64,000 nt of DNA from an uncultured Nanoarchaeota archaeon (GTDB lineage Archaea > Nanobdellota > Nanobdellia > Pacearchaeales > GW2011-AR1), in NCBI GenBank assembly GCA_963779925.1, contig CAVZZS010000011.1, forward strand, positions 34,974 through 98,973. Reading direction: 5' to 3'. Both the position numbers and the translations under genes were made by a program. The notes beneath the pieces are model-generated. The model was given only the letters and a program-made list of their open reading frames with translations. It was not told where the DNA came from and made no database searches. Numbering within the stretch: position 1 is the first letter of the stretch; each line of letters starts with the position of its first letter. Of this stretch, positions 9,643-18,530 are shown piece after piece.

Positions 9643-10203
9643 ATGAGAAAAATAATTTCAAAATATGAAGAAGAAAAGAAGAAAAAACGAAACCAGTATA
9701 TTGTTGGAGGAGTTTTAATGTTAGTGATGCTTGTCAGTGTTCTTGGCTATGCCTTTCCCCAAGGACAATTGGTAAATACGGGAAGTTCAAATGTAACTTC
9801 GACTTATAACGGAATAACATTCACAAATCAAAATGGTCTTTGGACTGTTAATTATAAAAATCAACGTCTGGTGTTCACTTATCCCCCTTCGCAGGTTACT
9901 TCTGATTTAACTAACCTTACTGAAAATATTAATGATCTTTCAGGAAAGCCCCTCTATATTTATTCAGATGATAACAATGCCCAATCGGAGATTAGCATGA
10001 ATTTGGCAGAATTCGTAAATGGAATAATCCCTCTGCAAAGTCTTTCGGAAAAAGATTGCACAAAAAACGAAATAATAATCCAAAATTCTTCGACATCTTC
10101 CATTAACCAAGACCAAAACTGCATTATGATTTCGGGGCAAGGGCAAGATTTAATAGCATCAACAGACAATGTTTTGTTTAAGCTATTCGGGATAAAACAA
10201 TGA
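9643..10203 (+). CDS. Hypothetical single-pass membrane protein
   Basis: Basic N-terminus, one TM segment, Asn/Ser-rich outer domain with two Cys. Confidence 0.75.
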   Translation: MRKIISKYEEEKKKKRNQYIVGGVLMLVMLVSVLGYAFPQGQLVNTGSSNVTSTYNGITFTNQNGLWTVNYKNQRLVFTYPPSQVTSDLTNLTENINDLSGKPLYIYSDDNNAQSEISMNLAEFVNGIIPLQSLSEKDCTKNEIIIQNSSTSSINQDQNCIMISGQGQDLIASTDNVLFKLFGIKQ

Positions 10204-10931
10204 GCGAAAAAAAAGTAATAAAAAAGGCAAATAAAAAAGTTGACGAAGAGAAAAAGAGAATTGAAGCCGAGAAATTTGTATATGAAAAAGCTAAGGAGGC
10301 AGAACAGATAGAAGAGAAGAAAGAAGATCAAGAAAAGCCGGGCGAAAAGCTTGTTGAAAAAGAAAGCAAGGTATTGAGAAATCTTTTGCTTGTTTTAGGA
10401 TTAATCGTTGTTGTTATTGGATTCATTCTAATCCTGAATAATACATCAAAGAATTTTACTGTTGATGGCGTCAAGTATACCGTGCTCCAGCAGGGCCAAT
10501 TGACTTTGTATAATACATGGATTCCGGTAATGTATAATGGAAGCCTTAGACAGTATAATTTCTATCTTTATAGCGATCCCAGAATTATAGAGAGAAAAGT
10601 CCCTTTCAATGGCAGCATAGTTATAGTTCCGCAGTCAACAGTGATTTTAAACATAACTGGAAATCTGAATTGCAATGGAGATGGAATAATCGCTGTTGCA
10701 AATCTGAACACGCTCTATAGCTTAATAGGAAAGGTAACAAAAGATTCAAATGCTACCTGCGATTCTTCAGGAAGATATATTTTTATAAATATACAAAATT
10801 CCAGCGAAACAAGCATTCAGGAAATTGCACCCGCATGCTATAACATAAACGTGAACAATTGCCAGATACTAGCCGGAGTTGAAAGATATATGACTCAGAC
10901 ATTCTCTACGATTCATAATCTCTCCCAATAG
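10200..10931 (+). CDS. Hypothetical single-pass membrane protein (probable paralog of 9643..10203)
   Basis: Charged N-terminus, one TM segment, shared C-terminal pattern C...IQNSSxxSI...C. Confidence 0.75.
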   Translation: MSEKKVIKKANKKVDEEKKRIEAEKFVYEKAKEAEQIEEKKEDQEKPGEKLVEKESKVLRNLLLVLGLIVVVIGFILILNNTSKNFTVDGVKYTVLQQGQLTLYNTWIPVMYNGSLRQYNFYLYSDPRIIERKVPFNGSIVIVPQSTVILNITGNLNCNGDGIIAVANLNTLYSLIGKVTKDSNATCDSSGRYIFINIQNSSETSIQEIAPACYNINVNNCQILAGVERYMTQTFSTIHNLSQ

Positions 10932-11564
10932 TTAATTAGATTTCTTTCTTTGCCTTCTGATAAATATTATATAAGAAGTTATAATCAAAATCGATATTAC
11001 AATTAGAGATATTGTGATCAGTATCGGATGCCTTGCGATAAATGCCTGATGCTTATCTGCAAGCCAGCCAGCATAGATCAAAACCATGCTCCAGAACCCT
11101 GCACCGAGAGCTGTGAACAGGCAAAATCTGTTTAGGTCCATTCTTGAAAACCCTGCAGGCAATGAAATAAGATGCCTTATTCCCGGAAGAAGTCTCCCGA
11201 TAAAAGTTGTAATCTCACCATGAGTCTCAAAATATTTATCTGTCCTATCTAGTTCATTTTTATTTATTAAAAAGACTTTTCCATATTTTGAAACCAAATG
11301 ATTTACGACCCTTCGTCCAAGGGATAATGCAAGAACGTAATTTATAAGAGCGCCGAAAACACTGCCTAATATAGCGGAGAAGAGGGTTATAGCGAAACTC
11401 ATTTTTCCTTGAGATATCAGGGCTCCGGCAGGGATTAAAACAAGCTCGCTAGGGAGCGGAAAAAAAGAACTCTCAATAGTCATTCCTATGAAGATTCCGA
11501 TATATCCCAATTTTTCTACAGCACTCAGCAAATAAGCAACAATCGGAGCAATAAAAGTAATCAT
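10932..11564 (-). CDS. DedA family membrane protein
   Basis: ESSFFPLPSELVLIPAG and FIGRLLPGIRHLISLPAG motifs. Confidence 0.92.
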   Translation of the reverse strand: MITFIAPIVAYLLSAVEKLGYIGIFIGMTIESSFFPLPSELVLIPAGALISQGKMSFAITLFSAILGSVFGALINYVLALSLGRRVVNHLVSKYGKVFLINKNELDRTDKYFETHGEITTFIGRLLPGIRHLISLPAGFSRMDLNRFCLFTALGAGFWSMVLIYAGWLADKHQAFIARHPILITISLIVISILIITSYIIFIRRQRKKSN

Positions 11565-12100
11565 CTTTTTCTAATTTGTTTTATCAGTAATTTTATATCT
11601 GAATAGACAGGGATTTCTTTTAAATTATAAATCTTCACTTCTGCAAACCAAATTCCGACGACAAAAAGCGTGCCGAAAACATACCAGACTATCTCATGAG
11701 TTATATTAAATGCTGAATTTTCCTGCATGTATACAAGAATGAGAGAGACAATCCTCAGAATATTCAAAACCAAGAGAGACAGGAATGAAAATAGAATCAT
11801 GCTTACTCTTTTTTTCGGTTTTATATTCGGGATAGACATATTAAAAATGAAGAGCAAATAATAGGCAGAGCCAGCTATACACGCTTCAATCAAAACTATT
11901 GGAATTGAATTGTTGATAAAGAGAGTGTTTCCCAAAAGAGATGTATTAAAAAATAATTTGATCAGAAAATAAACTGGATAAACGGTCAAGGGTGTGAATA
12001 TGGCGTAAAAAATCCAGAGATTAAATAATGCTGCCAATATCAAGAGAAAATATCTAAGTATGATTCCAGAAATGCTTAAATTCGATTTTTTCTTCTTCAT
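11561..12100 (-). CDS. Short archaeosortase/exosortase-family protein (pacearchaeosortase-like)
   Basis: Multi-TM protein with the exosortase triad pattern: Cys in LIEACIAG, Arg in LNILRI, His in ITHEIVW. Confidence 0.75.
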   Translation of the reverse strand: MKKKKSNLSISGIILRYFLLILAALFNLWIFYAIFTPLTVYPVYFLIKLFFNTSLLGNTLFINNSIPIVLIEACIAGSAYYLLFIFNMSIPNIKPKKRVSMILFSFLSLLVLNILRIVSLILVYMQENSAFNITHEIVWYVFGTLFVVGIWFAEVKIYNLKEIPVYSDIKLLIKQIRKR

Positions 12101-12119
12101 TTTATAAAAGAGGGTAATC

Positions 12120-12129
12120 TATTTAAATA
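12120..12129. promoter_or_regulatory. Palindromic, probably bidirectional TATA box
   Basis: TATTTAAATA centred exactly between the divergent starts at 12100 and 12149. Confidence 0.55.
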
Positions 12130-12148
12130 ACTTTTTTTTAGTCGAATA

Positions 12149-12781
12149 ATGCAGAATAAAAAGAGATGGTTGATTCTAATTTTAGCCTTTATGATAATTC
12201 TGGGCTTGAGTTTTTATTTTGACAAAGAAATAGTAACCTTCTTCTCATCGTTAAGGAACCTTTATCTTGATGGGCTATTTCTTGGAACAAGACTTCTTGA
12301 TACATCAATCTTTATTGTAATCTTTTTGACACTTTTATTATTATGGAAGAAAAAGAAGAGAGAATGGCTTCTGCCGCTATGGCTTACCATGGGCATTACT
12401 GCAATTGTCAGTTTTGTCCTGAAGGTCTTGGTCCATAGGATAAGGCCTTTCTCCGCAGGAGTTGTATCGCTGGCTTCCGGAATAACCGCAAGTGCAAGCT
12501 ACCTTGTCTGGGATTTTTCTTTCCCTTCATTTGATACCGCTTTTGCATTTTGCGTAGTTCCTATCTTATCCAAACTTTATCCTAAGCTAAAATATCTCTG
12601 GATTGGATTCGCAGCATTGGTGGCTCTATCGCGAGTTTATTTCGGAGTGCATTATCTAAGCGATGTAATCTCTGGAGGCTTGATTGGATATTTAATCGGA
12701 TGGGCAATCGTTAATATTGAAGATAAAACTAAATTCTTCAAGAAATTTTACAGAAAAGTTTTCAAGAATAAGAAGAAATAA
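12149..12781 (+). CDS. PAP2 family membrane phosphatase-like protein
   Basis: KVLVHRIRP (C1), SFPSFD (variant C2), SRVYFGVHYLSD (C3). Confidence 0.85.
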   Translation: MQNKKRWLILILAFMIILGLSFYFDKEIVTFFSSLRNLYLDGLFLGTRLLDTSIFIVIFLTLLLLWKKKKREWLLPLWLTMGITAIVSFVLKVLVHRIRPFSAGVVSLASGITASASYLVWDFSFPSFDTAFAFCVVPILSKLYPKLKYLWIGFAALVALSRVYFGVHYLSDVISGGLIGYLIGWAIVNIEDKTKFFKKFYRKVFKNKKK

Positions 12782-12783
12782 AA

Positions 12784-14526
12784 TTACTTTCTTTTGAGTC
12801 TTACAGCAATAATTATTATTGCAACAATCAAAATCAAGATAAGCAATCCTAGTCCGCCTATCAATAAATAGCTTCCTGAAATTGCTCCACCTGTAATTGA
12901 TGAGAAACTGAATCCTGCAGAAGTTACTGGAACCGCTATTGGCTGCTTGGTTATCAAATATCCATTAGAGTAGGTATCCAAATATAACATCTGATTTCCA
13001 GCAGTTGCTGTAGGATCTATATTAAGATTCAAGGTTATATCTTGAGATTGCCCTGGTGCAAGAGTAATATTAATAGGGGAAATACCCGATAATGTTGCCC
13101 AAGAAGAATATCCTTCCAAGCCGAAATTGTAACTTACAGTTCTATTCCCGCTATTTGTAATTGTTGAAGATATTGTTAAAGGATTTCCAGCTTTTCCTCC
13201 CGATACAAGTTGTGCTGTTACTTGTGTGGTATCTGGTGTTGCATAAACACAACCGCCGGTTACCTGAACAAGAGTGTTAAAGTTCTGAGAAATTTGTTGA
13301 TAATCACTAAAGTATCCTCCATTGCCTTGACTATATTTGTAATAGACATTTATAGATGCAGGATAAGTCTTTGCATCTGCAGATAGAGGTATACTAAATG
13401 TTAAAGGAACTTGTACGCTATTTCCAGAATTTAGATCCTGGTATATAGTCTCATTCTGAGAAATTCCTAATTGTGGGCTTGAGAAGACAACTAAGATTTG
13501 GCTTTTTGAATAAGTGTTATCGCTTGGGCCAATATTGAATATTGTAGGAGTTAAAGTTAATTGCTGACCACAAGAAACTTGGGATATAACCGGCAAAGTA
13601 GTTGTGTCAACTATCACTGCTTTAGAAATTCCTTGAGAAGGTATGGAAATATCTGCTGCATAATCATTTGAACTTAAGTTTCCGGGAGCATTGAAGTTAT
13701 CATTTAAGTCAGATGAAGTAGAATAATCAACGCATAATTGGCTTTCTTTGCTCTGCTGAAATGCTTTTAGCATTAACAAATAATCATTATTGTTATTCAA
13801 ATTTGATATTATTGAGGGGTCTACTTTAAATTTGAATGTGTAGGTTTCGCTCGAATCTGCAGAAATGCTTATTCCTGTAACTTGATCATTATCTGGACTT
13901 ATCCAAGTCATATCATTAATAATATTCCCATTTGTCTGCTGATTGAATAATCCCAATTTGAAGTTTAGGTTATTAACATCTGTTGCGCCATTATTATATA
14001 CTTTAACTTGGACTTCAATTGTATCAAGAGGATTCCATGTATATGTACTTCCTGTTCCATCATTTGTTATCTTTAGAGATATTGAAAGATTGGAATCATT
14101 TGCATCGCCAGAATTACAAAAAGATTTTAGATAATTTAGTGTTATAGTTGTATTAGCGGTATTTATTGTATTAACACTAGTGGGAGGAGTTCCCGTTGTA
14201 ATTGTTGTAACATTTGTTCCATTAACTTGTAAATTCAATGAAGAACTTCCATAATTTGTTGAAATGCTGGTTAAAGTTACTTTCAAAGTTGTTGGAGTTG
14301 TATTAGTTATTGCAAATGAAGCTCCATTAGTGTCCGTCAAGATTGAAGGAAAAGCAATATTATTCAGAGTTGAATCATTACCTAATAATATAATTTGTGA
14401 ACTTCCAACTTGTGTAAATGTTAAAGAAGCAGGATTTGAAGTTAATGTCAGAGCGCTTATTGAAGAAATAAATAAGGTGAGAGCAACAAGGCTCAATGCA
14501 AAAACTGCGAATGATTTGACTTTCAT
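12784..14526 (-). CDS. Exported surface (S-layer-like) protein with C-terminal TM anchor and basic tail
   Basis: Signal peptide, beta-rich Ig/CARDB-like repeats, C-terminus SSITGGAISGS-[TM]-RLKRK. Confidence 0.75.
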   Translation of the reverse strand: MKVKSFAVFALSLVALTLFISSISALTLTSNPASLTFTQVGSSQIILLGNDSTLNNIAFPSILTDTNGASFAITNTTPTTLKVTLTSISTNYGSSSLNLQVNGTNVTTITTGTPPTSVNTINTANTTITLNYLKSFCNSGDANDSNLSISLKITNDGTGSTYTWNPLDTIEVQVKVYNNGATDVNNLNFKLGLFNQQTNGNIINDMTWISPDNDQVTGISISADSSETYTFKFKVDPSIISNLNNNNDYLLMLKAFQQSKESQLCVDYSTSSDLNDNFNAPGNLSSNDYAADISIPSQGISKAVIVDTTTLPVISQVSCGQQLTLTPTIFNIGPSDNTYSKSQILVVFSSPQLGISQNETIYQDLNSGNSVQVPLTFSIPLSADAKTYPASINVYYKYSQGNGGYFSDYQQISQNFNTLVQVTGGCVYATPDTTQVTAQLVSGGKAGNPLTISSTITNSGNRTVSYNFGLEGYSSWATLSGISPINITLAPGQSQDITLNLNIDPTATAGNQMLYLDTYSNGYLITKQPIAVPVTSAGFSFSSITGGAISGSYLLIGGLGLLILILIVAIIIIAVRLKRK

Positions 14527-14669
14527 TTGTAATTGTAAAGGAGTTGCGGCCTATTAAAAGCATTTGTATAATTTAATATATCATAATAAGAGCCAATAGT
14601 CTCTGTATAACAGCGACGACAAATAATTTAAAAAATACTTAGAATGAAATTGTAAGCGGTCTAGAATAA

Positions 14670-15074
14670 TTAATATCCGTCATCAAATCTGTTTGCAGGC
14701 TTCTTATCATCAAGAATCACTTCTGCTTCTCTGTCTACTTTTGCGAAAGAAGGAGTAGCGATTACAATATTCTCTCTGAACCCTACAATGCTTCCATCAA
14801 GAGCGTCTGTTGTCTTTTTTATCTTTGAGATAGCCCTTTTTAATTCAATAGGGTCTTTTTGCCTCAAGATTTTTGTTTCAATGATTGCAATTGTATAGCC
14901 TTGCCTTAAAGCTTCAAGAATTTTGTTAACATCTTCATAATGTTTCAATACAAAAAGCTTAATCATAACCTTGTGTTCTTCTTTTGCCTGATTCAAATCA
15001 ATTTCCAGATAATCTTCATCAGATCCTTTTTCGGATTTTCCCGTTAGACTTTTTCTTAATTTATCGAACACCAT
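14670..15074 (-). CDS. sepF: Cell division protein SepF
   Basis: EDYLEID...LKRAISKIKKT...GSIVG...IVIATPSFAKV, the archaeal SepF/DUF552 pattern. Confidence 0.85.
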   Translation of the reverse strand: MVFDKLRKSLTGKSEKGSDEDYLEIDLNQAKEEHKVMIKLFVLKHYEDVNKILEALRQGYTIAIIETKILRQKDPIELKRAISKIKKTTDALDGSIVGFRENIVIATPSFAKVDREAEVILDDKKPANRFDDGY

Positions 15075-15113
15075 GATAGTTTTAAAATGCTGATATTTAT
15101 AAAGATTTCGTAA

Positions 15114-15431
15114 CTATTTTGCGATATTTGAGAATTTATTTCTTAATTCGTCCAATCTTTTTGCAAGAGCGTCCTCCTGCTTCTCTATGGATTTTATTCT
15201 CATGTTCAATATTTTTTCTTTATTCAACAATTCTTCATTCACTTTTTCCTTATCTGACTTGATCATCAGCTCTCCAATCAGCTTAAAAACCTCTCCGGAT
15301 TTCTCAATCTCCTTCAAAGCAGACTTTGTTTCCGATAATTCCATCTGAAAGGCTTCTTTCTGGAGAAGAATATTATGGAGATTCTGATCTAATATCTGCA
15401 TTTCCTGAATTTCTTCGTTTTTATCTTCCAT
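15114..15431 (-). CDS. pfdB: Prefoldin beta subunit
   Basis: Coiled coil with central VFKLIGELMIK hairpin; lies after rpo12. Confidence 0.88.
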   Translation of the reverse strand: MEDKNEEIQEMQILDQNLHNILLQKEAFQMELSETKSALKEIEKSGEVFKLIGELMIKSDKEKVNEELLNKEKILNMRIKSIEKQEDALAKRLDELRNKFSNIAK

Positions 15432-15435
15432 AGAA

Positions 15436-15573
15436 TTATATTGCTTTTATTTTCTTGACCTTGGTCCTTGGCTTGTAGAAGATTTTGCTTCCGCATTTAG
15501 GGCAAACAAACCTTTTTTCCAATTCCGTATCTTTTATTGCTTTTCCGCACTTGAAACATTTGTATGTTGACAT
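15436..15573 (-). CDS. rpo12: RNA polymerase subunit P (Rpo12)
   Basis: MSTYKCFKCG...CPKCGSKIFYKPR; true ATG at 15573. Confidence 0.92.
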   Translation of the reverse strand: MSTYKCFKCGKAIKDTELEKRFVCPKCGSKIFYKPRTKVKKIKAI

Positions 15574-15604
15574 AGTATAATTTGTTATTATTGATTTATA
15601 AAGT

Positions 15605-15826
15605 TTAATTTGGCAAGTAGTAGACGTCCGATGCAAATCTTTTACCGCATTTTGAACATTCCCATATTCCTTTTGAAGTTCTCTTAGCATTCATTTTACC
15701 GCAGAAAGGGCATTTTTGTTTTATCCTTTGCTTTACTTCAACATCTGCAAGCTTATTTCTAACTTTCTTTCCATATCTTGCGCCAAATCTCCCTGCTGCT
15801 CTTACTTTTTTTGTTTTTGTGCTCAT
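15605..15826 (-). CDS. rpl37ae: 50S ribosomal protein L37Ae (eL43)
   Basis: AGRFGARYG, CPFCG...GIWECSKCG zinc ribbon. Confidence 0.96.
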   Translation of the reverse strand: MSTKTKKVRAAGRFGARYGKKVRNKLADVEVKQRIKQKCPFCGKMNAKRTSKGIWECSKCGKRFASDVYYLPN

Positions 15827-15863
15827 TTTATTCCTTACAAATCTTATTTTTTAAAGGTTTGGA

Positions 15864-15936
15864 TGGGGCTGCCCGGATTTGAACCGGGGTCGCGAGGTCC
15901 CAAACCTCGAAGGCTACCAGGCTACCCCACAGCCCC
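15864..15936 (-). tRNA. tRNA-Pro(TGG)
   Basis: Acceptor GGGGCTG/CAGCCCC, anticodon arm CGAGG-TTTGGGA-CCTCG, T arm GGTTCAAATCC; CCA not encoded. Confidence 0.95.
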
Positions 15937-15981
15937 ATAATATTCCACAAAAGAGGTAAGAAATTTATAAAACTATGGGAT

Positions 15982-16656
15982 TTACTTTGCCTTTGCCGGC
16001 TTTGCTGGTGCTGCCGGAGTAGGTGCTGCCGTAGTTGTAGGAGTTGCTGCAGTCGTTGCAGCTGCTGCTTCTGCTGCTGCCTTTGCAGCCTCTTCCTGTT
16101 TCTGTAACTTCTCTTGTGCGGCTTTCAACTCTGCAAAGAATTTCTCTAGCTGTATTTTCTTTGCTTCTGGAGTTTCTGTTTTCTCATGTAAAATTTCAGT
16201 ATCATATTTTCCTGCATCAATTTCTTTTTCAACTTCTGCCGGCGATTTACTCTCAACGAGAACACCTAAGCTGACACAGGTGCCTACAATTTCTTTAACT
16301 GCCGATTTCAAACTTTTAGAAAGTAGATTTGGATGTTTTGCCTTTGCGATTGAGATTATCTGCTCAATTGACAGGTTGCCGACTTTTGTCTTTGATGAAA
16401 GGCCTGAGCCTTTGTCTATTTTAAGCTCTTTCTTCAGCAATCCTGAAGCGGGAGGTGAAGAAACCTTGACTTCAATATTTTTTGTAGAAACATCAATATC
16501 CAATTCAACAGGGACTTTCATTCCTTCGAATTTTCTTGTAGCATCATTAACTTTCTGAATTACCTGATTTACGTTTATTCCTGTTGGGCCAAGCTTCTGG
16601 CTAAGTGCCGGTCCCGGCTTCATTACGCCTGCATCAACCAAAAGTTTAATTTGCAT
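15982..16656 (-). CDS. rpl11: 50S ribosomal protein L11 (uL11) with Ala/Pro/Thr-rich C-terminal extension
   Basis: PGPALSQKLGPTGIN, PPASGLLKKE, GTCVSLGV. Confidence 0.95.
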   Translation of the reverse strand: MQIKLLVDAGVMKPGPALSQKLGPTGINVNQVIQKVNDATRKFEGMKVPVELDIDVSTKNIEVKVSSPPASGLLKKELKIDKGSGLSSKTKVGNLSIEQIISIAKAKHPNLLSKSLKSAVKEIVGTCVSLGVLVESKSPAEVEKEIDAGKYDTEILHEKTETPEAKKIQLEKFFAELKAAQEKLQKQEEAAKAAAEAAAATTAATPTTTAAPTPAAPAKPAKAK

Positions 16657-16657
16657 T

Positions 16658-17119
16658 TTAATTATTATCCTCGTCTTCAGTGTCTTCTCTTCTCACTGCT
16701 CTGACATTGTCAATTTTAATTGTTACCGGAAGCTGGACAAGAGCTCCAAGCAAACTGACTACAACATCTCCCTTTTGTTCATCGACTCTTAAAACTTTCG
16801 CTTTTTCTTTCTTGAAAGGTTCTGAAATAATTTCAACTATATCCCCTTCCTTAATTGAAACCGGCGCTGTAGATGTTTCAATCATATTCTTTATTTCATC
16901 ATAAACTAAGGTCTTTCCAATTATTCCCTTAACATAAGGCAAATTGAAAACAGCTTCTTCAGCGCTTTCTCTATCTTCTGCTTCAAGTAGAATATATCCC
17001 CTTAATCCATGAGGCTTTATTACAGAAAATACGTTGAGATTCTTTTTTTCAATCCTATCTGTAATTAAATCTACCGCACTTTCTTCTTTATTCGTTGTTA
17101 CTTTTATTACAAATATCAT
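16658..17119 (-). CDS. spt5: Transcription elongation factor Spt5/NusG
   Basis: NGN domain (LRGYILLEA) plus KOW (GDIVEIISEPFK); secE-spt5-rpl11 order. Confidence 0.95.
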   Translation of the reverse strand: MIFVIKVTTNKEESAVDLITDRIEKKNLNVFSVIKPHGLRGYILLEAEDRESAEEAVFNLPYVKGIIGKTLVYDEIKNMIETSTAPVSIKEGDIVEIISEPFKKEKAKVLRVDEQKGDVVVSLLGALVQLPVTIKIDNVRAVRREDTEDEDNN

Positions 17120-17194
17120 TTTCTAGCTCCGTCTAAGACATAATATCTTAGAAAGATATAGTTAGGTAAAAATGGTGGTTTATAAATTTTGGGA

Positions 17195-17377
17195 TTATAT
17201 TGCGGTTACGATAAGAGAAATGATAAAACCAGCCAACCCTAAGATTATAATACTGATTGCAGAAATTTTTGTTGTAATCTTAATCTCTTCACGTGTTGGT
17301 TTTTTTAATACCTGCCAAACACGTGCGCATTTTATATAAAATGATTTTGCATTCATAGGTAAGTCTTTGATTGCCAT
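17195..17377 (-). CDS. secE: Protein translocase subunit SecE/Sec61-gamma
   Basis: RVWQVLKKPTREE followed by a TM segment; conserved position. Confidence 0.92.
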   Translation of the reverse strand: MAIKDLPMNAKSFYIKCARVWQVLKKPTREEIKITTKISAISIIILGLAGFIISLIVTAI

Positions 17378-17408
17378 AGAAATATGAATTATAAGGGGTA
17401 TTTAAAAT

Positions 17409-18506
17409 TTATTCCAGAAATTCGATTCCCAGTTCTTCTTCTATTTCTTTATGTCTTGCAAGTTCATCTGCTCCTTCATGGCCGACTATTTGTGAACTTT
17501 TTACACCGGTAACAATTAATAAGACTCTTATTGATTTGTCCATATCATCTGAAATTTGCGCCCCCCAGATTAATTTTGCATCCGGATTAAGCTTCGCACC
17601 AACTGTCGCAATAATATCCTTGCATTCATCAAGGCTCATGTTTGGTCCGCCAATAATGTTTACAAGAGCGCCAGTTGCATCTGAAATATCAACATCAAGC
17701 AAAGGATTGTTAATCGCTTTTTCAACAGCTTCAAAGGCTCTTTTTCCGGTAACATCAGACTCGCCCATCCCGATAAGTGAAACTCCACCATCAACCATCA
17801 CTGCTTTTATATCTGCAAAATCAAGATTTACAAGCCCCGTTGTTGTAACTAACTCGGTAACACCTTTAACTGCATTAGTAAGGATTTCATCGGCGATTTT
17901 GAAAGCAGTATGCAATGGCAAATCCGGAGCTAATTCCAGCAATTTATCATTTGGTATTATAATCAAAGTATCTACAACAGACTGCATTTTTTCTAGGCCA
18001 TTCATCGCATTTTCAATTCTTTTTTTTCCTTCAATTGTAAATGGCAATGTAACAACACCAATTGTCAATGCTCCCTGTTTTTTTGCAAGGGCGGCAATTA
18101 CCGGAGTGGCCCCTGTTCCTGTCCCCCCGCCTAAGCCGCATGTAATAAATACCATATCGCTTCCTGCAATTTTCTTTTTTATTTCAGATTCTGATTCTTT
18201 GGCAGATTCTTCACCAACTCTAGGATTGCTTCCAGCGCCAAGACCTTGTGTTAATTCCCTTCCAATAAGAATTTTTTGATCTGCATCTGTATACAATAAA
18301 TCCTGAGCATCAGTGTTAACTGCAATTAATTCTCCGCCTTTTATGCCAATTTCCTTCATTCTGTTAAGAGAATTATTTCCTCCGCCACCGACCCCTATAA
18401 CCTTTATCTTGGCCGTCTGTGCTTTAATCAGCAGTTCAAGTTCCTTATCAATCTCCCTTACATTAGAAGAATTTTCATAAACCTCATCCATCTTGAAAAG
18501 AACCAT
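17409..18506 (-). CDS. ftsZ: Cell division protein FtsZ
   Basis: GVGGGGNN, GLGGGTGTG, NLDFAD; the start could alternatively be 18491. Confidence 0.97.
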   Translation of the reverse strand: MVLFKMDEVYENSSNVREIDKELELLIKAQTAKIKVIGVGGGGNNSLNRMKEIGIKGGELIAVNTDAQDLLYTDADQKILIGRELTQGLGAGSNPRVGEESAKESESEIKKKIAGSDMVFITCGLGGGTGTGATPVIAALAKKQGALTIGVVTLPFTIEGKKRIENAMNGLEKMQSVVDTLIIIPNDKLLELAPDLPLHTAFKIADEILTNAVKGVTELVTTTGLVNLDFADIKAVMVDGGVSLIGMGESDVTGKRAFEAVEKAINNPLLDVDISDATGALVNIIGGPNMSLDECKDIIATVGAKLNPDAKLIWGAQISDDMDKSIRVLLIVTGVKSSQIVGHEGADELARHKEIEEELGIEFLE

Positions 18507-18530
18507 CTTCTATTTATAAGAATTATTGTT

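Noticed and set aside
15716..15940. ORFs overlapping tRNA-Pro (and 23704..24018 overlapping tRNA-Thr)
   Set aside because: They translate tRNA sequence or the antisense of real genes.
15990..16090. GCT/GCA-rich tandem-like repeat
   Set aside because: Explained by the Ala-rich coding tail of uL11; it is not an independent repeat element.
17536..18279. 247-aa ORF antisense to ftsZ (likewise 22359..23123, 28284..28706, 38358..38849 and other antisense ORFs)
   Set aside because: Shadow frames of well-supported genes with no independent signals.
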